DNA of 10,822 bases from Phycisphaeraceae bacterium (GCA_028277685.1 JANQFT010000356.1:1-10822); one strand, 5' to 3'; counted from the stretch's first letter, positions 1 through 4,922 are shown. The notes: generated by a model not told the origin, from the letters alone. Translations and numbers: made by a program.

Positions 1-37
1 TGGCGGGGCGGCGCTCTGCCGGTTGAGCTACAGCCGC
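1..37 (-). tRNA. 5' portion (acceptor 5' strand, D-arm, start of anticodon stem) of a tRNA gene that continues beyond the window start; isotype undetermined
   Basis: Reverse complement of 1..37 reads GCGGCTG-TA-GCTC-AACCGGCA-GAGC-G-CCGCC..., a canonical acceptor/U8/D-stem-loop layout. The D-arm closely resembles the Ala tRNA at 3399..3470. The anticodon lies outside the window. Confidence 0.5.
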
Positions 38-46
38 AAGGAGAAA

Positions 47-86
47 GGCCGCCGCGCGACCTGTATCGCGCGGCGGCCGATCAGGC
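47..86 (-). terminator. Putative intrinsic terminator of the SPFH gene: perfect 12-bp GC-rich inverted repeat followed by a U-rich tract on the minus strand
   Basis: The + strand reads ggccgccgcgcg-acctgtat-cgcgcggcggcc, a 12-bp perfect stem with an 8-nt loop. On the minus strand the hairpin is followed by UUUCUCCUU. It sits immediately 3' of the SPFH stop. Confidence 0.45.
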
Positions 87-1235
87 ATCTTCATCTTCCA
101 TCATCGAGCGGAAACCGCAGCTGTTCTCATCGGTGGTCAGGCTTCGCACCTGCTCGACCAGGTCGCCCTTGCCGAGCACGAACGTTGCCTTCACGCCTTT
201 GAGTACTTCGCCGATTGCTTCCAGTTCGCGCATACGCGCGAGGGTGGGGTTGTCGGCCAGCAGCTTCGCGGTGTTCGCCTGGCTACGCGCCGCGGCGGTG
301 TCTTCACGACGTCGGATCAGGTTCGCTTCCGCCTGCTTCTGTGCGAGGATCACCTCGTTCAGAATCGACTTCATTTCACCGGGCAGGATGATGTCGCGCA
401 GGCCGATGCTTCGCACGACCACGCCGAACTCCGCCGCACGCGACGCCAGGGCGTTACGTACTTCGTTGCCCACTTCATCCTTATCCGACAGCAGCTTCTC
501 GAGCAGGCGGCCGCCCACCGCTTCACGTAGCACGAGCTGCGCTTCACGGTACAGGGCCTGGGCGTAATCGCTTACCACGGTGGCTGCCTTCACTGCATCG
601 ATTACCTGGTAAGTCACCACCAGGTTGACGCGAAGGGTTACTTTGTCGTTGGTCATGATTTCCTGACCCGCAACGTCGGCAACCTGTTCACGCAGATCGA
701 TGATCTTGCGCTCGATGCGGCCGGCACCGCGCCAGTAGACGTGCTTGCCTGCCTCCAGTTGCGCTACCTGTTTACCATCTCGATACAGCAGCACGGTTTC
801 ACCGGGCTCAATAGTCACGCCGTCGAACCAGTTCGATGCGCCCTGCATCGCGAGGATGGGCTCAATCTTGTTGTGTTCGAAGACGAAGTCGTTCACGTCG
901 TAGACTTCCACGTCGATCTTTGCTGGCGCTTTCCAGAACGCGTGGCGACCGGGACCAATCACCCAGCCGATACGGCCGTCCTTCCAGATAAGCGCTCGCT
1001 GGTTGTCGGTCAGATCAACCACTTCCAGGTGCGACGCGACCACGTGTTCGTCGACGAGTAAGTCGATGAGTGTATGCTCGAACTTCGTGTCCAACTTGTT
1101 GACGATGTGAACGCGATTGCGTCCGAACCAGTTGAACCATTGGCGGTACTTGCCCGGTTCGAGCAGACGGTGGAAATCGCCGTGGCGGAACCACAGGCCG
1201 ACTTCGTGTTTACGGATGCGAAGTGTTTTGAACAT
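81..1235 (-). CDS. SPFH/band-7 (stomatin/slipin-like) domain protein, ~385 aa, no obvious N-terminal transmembrane helix, N-terminal region with three copies of a ~45-aa beta-motif
   Basis: The ORF 81..1667 is open upstream, but only the ATG at 1233-1235 has a strong RBS (ccaaaAGGAGccaggacc-ATG). The upstream extension is low-complexity R/G/P-rich and overlaps a tRNA. The protein shows band-7 hallmarks: ...QEIMTNDKVTLRVNLVVTYQVID..., a coiled-coil C-terminal part (LAQKQAEANLIRRREDTAAARSQANTAKLLADNPTLARMRELEAIGEVLK), and three repeated ExG..W.R.G...PG.H.W motifs at the N-terminus. Confidence 0.8.
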   Translation of the reverse strand: MFKTLRIRKHEVGLWFRHGDFHRLLEPGKYRQWFNWFGRNRVHIVNKLDTKFEHTLIDLLVDEHVVASHLEVVDLTDNQRALIWKDGRIGWVIGPGRHAFWKAPAKIDVEVYDVNDFVFEHNKIEPILAMQGASNWFDGVTIEPGETVLLYRDGKQVAQLEAGKHVYWRGAGRIERKIIDLREQVADVAGQEIMTNDKVTLRVNLVVTYQVIDAVKAATVVSDYAQALYREAQLVLREAVGGRLLEKLLSDKDEVGNEVRNALASRAAEFGVVVRSIGLRDIILPGEMKSILNEVILAQKQAEANLIRRREDTAAARSQANTAKLLADNPTLARMRELEAIGEVLKGVKATFVLGKGDLVEQVRSLTTDENSCGFRSMMEDEDA

Positions 1236-1584
1236 GGTCCTGGCTCCTTTTGGGAGTGAGGTGTGTGAATCACGCGTGAACACCACGGCGTGTTGTGATA
1301 AGAAAAGCGGCGGGCCGGAGCGCAACGCATCACGCCCGTTGACCCCGTCATCAACAACGGCGTCGACTTGAGCGGCGGCCTGAAGCGTGCAGACGTCAAA
1401 CAGCCGCACGCCGCGAAGCGCCCTCCCCCCTGAGGGCAAAAACTTCGTCGGCGTGGGGCCGAATGACCGCCACGCGGTACCGCCGCGGTATCCGTCGAAC
1501 GACATGGCTGTGATGTCGGTGTTGCACAAGGCAACCGGTCGGGGCGATCGCGTGCATCCCGACCCGCCTGTTGGTGCCCTTAAC

Positions 1585-1635
1585 CGAGGGCCTTCGAGGG
1601 GACTTGAACCCCGAGGGTGGATAACCCTGCCATGG
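1585..1635 (-). other. tRNA-like remnant: T-arm-like hairpin (GGGG-TTCAAGT-CCCC) plus a short upstream hairpin; does not complete a cloverleaf
   Basis: The reverse complement contains ...AGGG-TTATCCA-CCCT-C-GGGG-TTCAAGT-CCCC-TCGAAGGC. No pairing 5' acceptor strand is present and there is no variable-region spacing. It abuts the 3' end of the tRNA at 1636..1708. Confidence 0.25.
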
Positions 1636-1708
1636 TGTGCGAGGCTGGATTCGAACCAGCTACCCATCGATCCTTAGTCGATTGCTCTACCTAATGAGCT
1701 ACTCGTGC
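1636..1708 (-). tRNA. tRNA, anticodon AAG (loop CTAAGGA), class-I (5-nt variable loop), A73; isotype uncertain (Leu-box anticodon on a non-Leu-type scaffold)
   Basis: Hand fold: acceptor GCACGAG/CTCGCAC with two adjacent A.C/C.A mismatches at 2:71 and 3:70. D-arm GCTC-ATTAGGTA-GAGC is perfect, anticodon stem ATCGA/TCGAT is perfect, and T-arm GCTGG-TTCGAAT-CCAGC is perfect. Confidence 0.6.
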
Positions 1709-1805
1709 ACATCACCTGAACCGGTCGAACCCGTGTCGCGGAATACATGTCGACAAAGTCTTGTGCACCGCCGGACGATACCGGTGACTGCTGAAGCAAA
1801 AGGAA

Positions 1806-1878
1806 CACGCGCGGCAGGAATCGAACCTGCATATGATGGTTTTGGAGGCCACCGCTCTTCCAATTGAGCTACGCACGT
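1806..1878 (-). tRNA. tRNA-Trp (anticodon CCA)
   Basis: Acceptor ACGTGCG/CGCGCGT (one G-U). D-arm GCTC-AATTGGAA-GAGC. Anticodon loop CTCCAAA is identical to the E. coli tRNA-Trp loop, with a C31:A39 mismatch as in known Trp tRNAs. T-arm GCAGG-TTCGATT-CCTGC, discriminator G. Confidence 0.85.
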
Positions 1879-1889
1879 ACTTCGGGCAA

Positions 1890-1962
1890 CTGCCCCGACT
1901 GGAATCGAACCTACACCCTTCGGGTTAAAAGCCCGATGCTCAGCCATTCGAACTCCAGGGTC
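1890..1962 (-). tRNA. tRNA-Lys(TTT)-like; anticodon arm, T-arm and 3' acceptor strand present, 5' third (acceptor 5' strand and D-arm) does not pair - probably degenerate/pseudo
   Basis: Anticodon stem TCGGG/CCCGA is perfect with loop CTTTTAA (TTT). T-arm GTAGG-TTCGATT-CCAGT has 2 G-U and 1 mismatch. The 3' acceptor is CGGGGCA+G, but the 5' region (…GACCCTGGAGTTCGAATGGCTGAGCA) has no matching TGCCCCG and no GCTC/GAGC D-stem. It lies 12 nt from tRNA-Trp. Confidence 0.45.
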
Positions 1963-2025
1963 GAAGTGTGTGACAAGGAAAGCATGGAATGGCATCCCAT
2001 CCCACGTTTCGAATTGTGCTTCTGG

Positions 2026-3258
2026 TCAATCCTTGTAGGGATCGAACTCATCCTCACCGGCCATGGCCACGCCGATGGGGGTGAGGGTGTGGATGATACG
2101 CACTGTTGAGCCGTGCGCTTCGAGTACTTCGGGCAGGCGCTTGTAGCAGTGGGGCGATTCATCGGTGCCCGCGCCCCGCAGTTCAACGCCGGCTTTGTGT
2201 ACCCAATCCATCATCATCTCACGCGAGATCTGGCCTTCGCTTTTGCGAACGAAGCCGCGCGCTTTCTTTGACCAGCGTTTCTTGCCAGCCGCTTGCGTAC
2301 GACTCATCACACGGCCGGCGCCGTGCACGGTCGATCGCAGGGCCATAACACTGTCTTCGCTGTCCATACCTTCAAGGATTACCGAAATATCGCCCATCGA
2401 ACCGCCTACGAATCCGCGTTGACCGGGAAACGCCGGCGTTGCGCCTTTGCGAACGATCCAGACATCGAGTTCGCAGTTGTCGATGAGGTGCGTTTCCTTC
2501 CACGCGTAGTTGTGATGGTTGTGTACCTCTTCAACAATGCGCGTTTCCAGCAGGCGGGCTACCTTCTGGCAAACCCAGTCGCGACCGGCATACGCATATT
2601 CCCCAGCCAGTTGCATGCACTGCAGATACTCCGCTCCGAGATTGGAATGCTCGTGGAACACAACCGGTTCAACGTGCATGCCGTCGGCACCACCACCTTT
2701 CTCGATAAAGAATGAAGCGATCTTGTGGCCGAGTCCGCGGCTGCCGAAGTGCACACCGCACCAGACGCGGTCTTCCTCATCAATGAACAGGTCAACGTAA
2801 TGGTTGCCCGAACCCACCGTGCCCAACTGTTCACGAGCCAGGTTTTTCAGGTTACGGTTCTTCGGACCTGTTATGCGCAACTGCTCAATCAGTTTCCAGG
2901 TTTCATCATCGAACAGTTCGTGGTCAACTTGCTCCTGGTTCTTTCGACCAACGCCGAACGAAATGCTCTTGAAGATCATGTTCATGATCTTGGCGATGTC
3001 GCGTCGCACGTCCTCGGCTTTGACGTCCAGTCGCACTGCTTTGTTGCCGCATGCGATGTCGTAACCAACACCCGAAGGTGAAACCATACCGTGGTAGGCC
3101 ACTACACCCCCGATCGGCATCGCGTAGCCCAGGTGGTGATCGCCCATCAGTGCGCCTGCCGCAGCATCCTTGTTTGCCAGACAAGTCTTGATCTGACGAA
3201 CTGCGCCTTCGTCCGGTTCACCCCAAACGGGTACGTTATCGATATTCGTGTAAGCCAT
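2026..3258 (-). CDS. rtcB: RtcB-family RNA 3'-phosphate/5'-OH ligase (RNA-splicing/repair ligase), 410 aa
   Basis: Full-length ORF with RBS GAGGTGcagc-ATG. RtcB hallmark motifs are present: ...GDHHLGYAMPIGGV..., ...DIACGN..., ...TVGSGNHYVDLF..., ...STVHGAGR..., with conserved His/Cys metal ligands and a length typical of RtcB. tRNA genes lie 52 nt upstream and 64 nt downstream on the same strand. Confidence 0.9.
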   Translation of the reverse strand: MAYTNIDNVPVWGEPDEGAVRQIKTCLANKDAAAGALMGDHHLGYAMPIGGVVAYHGMVSPSGVGYDIACGNKAVRLDVKAEDVRRDIAKIMNMIFKSISFGVGRKNQEQVDHELFDDETWKLIEQLRITGPKNRNLKNLAREQLGTVGSGNHYVDLFIDEEDRVWCGVHFGSRGLGHKIASFFIEKGGGADGMHVEPVVFHEHSNLGAEYLQCMQLAGEYAYAGRDWVCQKVARLLETRIVEEVHNHHNYAWKETHLIDNCELDVWIVRKGATPAFPGQRGFVGGSMGDISVILEGMDSEDSVMALRSTVHGAGRVMSRTQAAGKKRWSKKARGFVRKSEGQISREMMMDWVHKAGVELRGAGTDESPHCYKRLPEVLEAHGSTVRIIHTLTPIGVAMAGEDEFDPYKD

Positions 3259-3309
3259 GCTGCACCTCGCAAACTCATCATACGTGTGTTGTTGTTTCTA
3301 TTCTGTGAA

Positions 3310-3382
3310 AGCATTGTGTTGGAATCGAACCTGTGACCTTCTGGACCCAAACCGGACGCTCGGCCGATTGAGCTTCGCTCTG
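3310..3382 (-). pseudogene. tRNA-Pro(TGG)-like unit with intact 5' two-thirds but non-pairing 3' T-stem/acceptor strand (degenerate or chimeric tRNA)
   Basis: 5' acceptor CAGAGCG, A8A9, D-arm GCTC-AATCGGCC-GAGC perfect, anticodon stem TCCGG/CCAGA (1 mismatch), loop TTTGGGT (TGG). The T-loop TTCGATT is flanked by ACAGG on the 5' side and CCAAC on the 3' side, which do not pair. The 3' tail ACAATGC cannot pair with CAGAGCG. Confidence 0.4.
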
Positions 3383-3398
3383 GATAGAATGTCCGTAA

Positions 3399-3470
3399 TG
3401 GAGCCGCGGGGAGTTGAACCCCGATCATCCGGGTGCAAGCCGAGCGCTCTGCCAATTGAGCTACAGCCCC
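3399..3470 (-). tRNA. tRNA-Ala (anticodon TGC)
   Basis: Acceptor GGGGCTG/CGGCTCC with the diagnostic G3:U70 wobble. D-arm GCTC-AATTGGCA-GAGC. Anticodon loop CTTGCAC. T-arm CGGGG-TTCAACT-CCCCG, discriminator A. Confidence 0.85.
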
Positions 3471-3556
3471 CTGCTACGCCAAGGCTTCGCAGGGCTACGC
3501 GCACCTTCGCGTCATACGAAGTAGTGCGCGTTCTGCGAAGCTTCAGCGAAGCAGAA

Positions 3557-3630
3557 TGTCGCCGGAAGGATTCGAACCTTCACTGTCAGCCATCTCATGA
3601 CTGCGCCTCTGCCAGTTGGGCTACGACGAC
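3557..3630 (-). tRNA. tRNA, anticodon GAG (loop ATGAGAT), class-I, A73; member of a three-gene paralogous family; isotype uncertain
   Basis: Acceptor GTCGTCG/CGGCGAC (1 G-U). D-arm GCCC-AACTGGCAG-AGGC. Anticodon stem CAGTC/GGCTG. T-arm GAAGG-TTCGAAT-CCTTC is perfect. Variable loop is 5 nt. It lies 5 nt from the next tRNA. Confidence 0.6.
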
Positions 3631-3635
3631 GAGAA

Positions 3636-3709
3636 TAGCCCGGGTGGGAGTCGAACCCACAACTCACCAGTTTTAAGCCGGCGTCCTCTGCCAGTTGGGA
3701 TACCGAGCC
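3636..3709 (-). tRNA. tRNA, anticodon TAA (loop CTTAAAA), class-I, A73; paralog of 3557..3630 and 3712..3785; isotype uncertain
   Basis: Acceptor GGCTCGG/CCGGGCT (2 G-U). D-arm TCCC-AACTGGCAG-AGGA (T at position 10). Anticodon stem GCCGG/CTGGT. T-arm GTGGG-TTCGACT-CCCAC is perfect. 2-nt spacer to the next tRNA. Confidence 0.6.
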
Positions 3710-3711
3710 AA

Positions 3712-3785
3712 TACCGCCGACTGGATTCGAACCAGCACTGCACCGATTCTGAGTCGGTTCCCTCTGCCAGTTGGGGTACGACGGC
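3712..3785 (-). tRNA. tRNA, anticodon CAG (loop CTCAGAA), class-I, A73; paralog of the two preceding tRNAs; isotype uncertain
   Basis: Acceptor GCCGTCG/CGGCGGT (2 G-U). D-arm CCCC-AACTGGCAG-AGGG (C at position 10). Anticodon stem ACCGA/TCGGT is perfect. T-arm GCTGG-TTCGAAT-CCAGT. Variable loop GCAGT. Confidence 0.65.
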
Positions 3786-3867
3786 GTTAGTTATTTGGTG
3801 ATCTGGTGACTGGCGATTTCGTAATTTGATATTGCAGGCCGCACAAGACATTGCGCGAGGCGCGAAG

Positions 3868-3940
3868 CTGGGTTGGTGGGATTCGAACCTGCAAAAGCCG
3901 GATTCGTAATCCGGCGCCCGTCCAATTGAGCTTCGGGGTG
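3868..3940 (-). pseudogene. tRNA-Arg(ACG)-like unit; D-arm and anticodon arm perfect, but 3' T-stem half and acceptor 3' strand do not pair (degenerate or chimeric)
   Basis: D-arm GCTC-AATTGGAC-GGGC. Anticodon stem CCGGA/TCCGG is perfect with loop TTACGAA (ACG). The T-loop TTCGAAT has GCAGG on the 5' side but CCCAC on the 3' side. The 3' tail CAACCCA cannot pair with the 5' CACCCCG. A8A9 replaces U8. Confidence 0.4.
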
Positions 3941-3948
3941 GAGGCGAA

Positions 3949-4021
3949 AGCCGCAGGTCGGCGTCGAACCGACAACCTGCTGTTTACAAGACAGCTGCTT
4001 TGCCATTTGAGTTACTGCGGC
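3949..4021 (-). tRNA. tRNA-Thr (anticodon TGT)
   Basis: Acceptor GCCGCAG/CTGCGGC is perfect. Anticodon stem GCTGT/ACAGC is perfect with loop CTTGTAA. T-arm GTCGG-TTCGACG-CCGAC is perfect. The D-stem is weak. Confidence 0.8.
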
Positions 4022-4036
4022 AATGTGAAAACCAAA

Positions 4037-4110
4037 CGGCACCGACGGGATTCGAACCCGCGACCTCTTCCGTGACAGGGAAGCGCTCAGCCAAACCGAG
4101 CTCCGGCACC
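4037..4110 (-). tRNA. tRNA-Asp (anticodon GTC)
   Basis: Anticodon arm CTTCC-CTGTCAC-GGAAG. Variable loop plus T-arm AGGTC-GCGGG-TTCGAAT-CCCGT are nearly identical to E. coli tRNA-Asp. Acceptor GGTGCCG/CGGTGCC, discriminator G. Confidence 0.9.
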
Positions 4111-4235
4111 AGGCGAATCGCGGAGAGCAAACGCTCCACCGTCGGGCCACTGCGCTGTCGAACGCATGAAAAAATTTGACAGTGTCTATGCCACGATCCG
4201 TGTCGTCTACTTCTGCTGAAATGAATCAACAGCAA

Positions 4236-4306
4236 TTGACCCGGCAGGATTCGAACCTGCGTCCACCGATTATCAGTCGGCCGCTCATCCACTGAGCTAC
4301 GGGTCA
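4236..4306 (-). tRNA. tRNA-Ile (anticodon GAT)
   Basis: Acceptor TGACCCG/CGGGTCA is perfect. D-arm GCTC-AGTGGAT-GAGC. Anticodon stem GCCGA/TCGGT with loop CTGATAA, as in E. coli Ile. T-arm GCAGG-TTCGAAT-CCTGC, A73. Confidence 0.85.
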
Positions 4307-4400
4307 AGGACAGGCTCAGAGCGCACGCGCTCCAAGCCGTTGCATCCATCCGCTGTTCACTTGTCAAAGATCACTGCGCTGCAAGCAGCGCCCAAGGCAA

Positions 4401-4472
4401 TGGCTGGTCTCGGAGTTGAACCGAGGTCTCCCGCTTTTCAGACGAGCGCTATACCGACTGAGCCAACCAGCC
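4401..4472 (-). tRNA. tRNA-Phe (anticodon GAA)
   Basis: Acceptor GGCTGGT/ACCAGCC is perfect. D-arm GCTC-AGTCGGTA-TAGC, matching the Phe-type AGUCGGUAGAGC. Anticodon loop CTGAAAA. T-arm CTCGG-TTCAACT-CCGAG is perfect, A73. Confidence 0.85.
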
Positions 4473-4481
4473 GTATGTGAA

Positions 4482-4554
4482 TCGCCACGGTGGGATTCGA
4501 ACCCACGCACTCCTCTTTGTAAGAGAGGCGCTCTGGCCACTGAGCTACGCGGCA
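4482..4554 (-). tRNA. tRNA-Val (anticodon TAC)
   Basis: Anticodon arm CCTCT-CTTACAA-AGAGG is perfect and identical to the E. coli Val loop. T-arm GTGGG-TTCGAAT-CCCAC is perfect. D-arm GCTC-AGTGGCCA-GAGC, A73. 9 nt from tRNA-Phe. Confidence 0.85.
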
Positions 4555-4631
4555 AGATGTTCGCGCACCGATCGCGCATCCATGTCGGCCACGGCTTACA
4601 CCACCAACGGGTGTGCACGCTTCAGTTTCAA

Positions 4632-4704
4632 TGGCGGTGGCAGGATTTGAACCTGCGATCTCCGGGACATGCGCCCGGTGAGGATTCCGCTCCTCTACAC
4701 CGCA
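4632..4704 (-). tRNA. tRNA-Met (anticodon CAT) with initiator-like features (TTCAAAT T-loop, GGG/CCC anticodon stem, unpaired 1:72) but G at position 33
   Basis: Acceptor TGCGGTG/CACCGCC with a T1.C72 mismatch. D-arm GAGG-AGCGGAAT-CCTC. Anticodon arm CCGGG-CGCATGT-CCCGG. T-arm GCAGG-TTCAAAT-CCTGC, A73. Confidence 0.65.
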
Positions 4705-4705
4705 A

Positions 4706-4776
4706 TCGCGACGGTTGGATTTGAACCAACACCTTTCCCTTATGAGGGGAGTGCTCTGCCATTGAGCTACATCGCG
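4706..4776 (-). tRNA. tRNA-Met (anticodon CAT; loop CTCATAA), T-loop TTCAAAT; first gene of the array within this window, 1-nt spacer to next tRNA
   Basis: Acceptor CGCGATG/CGTCGCG (1 G-U). D-arm GCTC-AATGGCA-GAGC. Anticodon stem CTCCC/GGGAA (4 bp + mismatch) with loop CTCATAA. T-arm GTTGG-TTCAAAT-CCAAC is perfect, A73. Confidence 0.8.
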
Positions 4777-4922
4777 CGAGCTATTTACTTGTCAAAGGCC
4801 CAATCTTATGCGGCGAACGCGATATACATCCCACAGCAACACGAGGCCGAATATGCCTGAAAACACAGGCAAAACGCACACGATGCACCACCAGCAACAG
4901 GATGTCATTCGGTGTTGGCCGG

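Noticed and set aside
1415-1440. Hairpin gccctc-ccccct-gagggc followed by AAAAA as a terminator
   Set aside because: On the plus strand an A-tract, not a U-tract, follows the stem. On the minus strand the U-tract precedes the stem. It lies inside the 5' leader of the SPFH gene with no upstream gene to terminate.
1236-1667. N-terminal extension of the SPFH ORF (528-aa version starting at 1667)
   Set aside because: The extension is R/G/P-rich low-complexity translation typical of GC-driven open frames. It overlaps the tRNA at 1636..1708 and has no RBS. The internal ATG at 1235 has a strong AGGAG Shine-Dalgarno, and the SPFH homology starts there.
3557-3785. Possibility that the GAG/TAA/CAG tRNAs are actually plus-strand Glu(CTC)/?(TTA)/Gln(CTG) tRNAs
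   Set aside because: On the plus strand the would-be T-arm has no TTCRA loop, and the would-be D-arm is a 5-bp/7-nt hairpin. The G-U wobbles of the acceptor stems also become A.C mismatches. Only the minus-strand orientation gives a canonical cloverleaf.
4165-4200. A-tract followed by TTGACA on the plus strand (aaaaaatttgaca) as a plus-strand promoter
   Set aside because: No acceptable -10 hexamer lies 16-18 nt downstream, and nothing on the plus strand is available to be transcribed, since all neighbouring genes are on the minus strand.
3257-4860. ORF-track entries spanning the tRNA array (e.g. 3257..3676 +, 3791..4150 -, 3984..4367 -, 4364..4618 -, 4416..4724 +)
   Set aside because: Each runs through one or more well-folded tRNA genes, and none has an RBS or domain-like sequence. 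The region is explained by tRNA genes.
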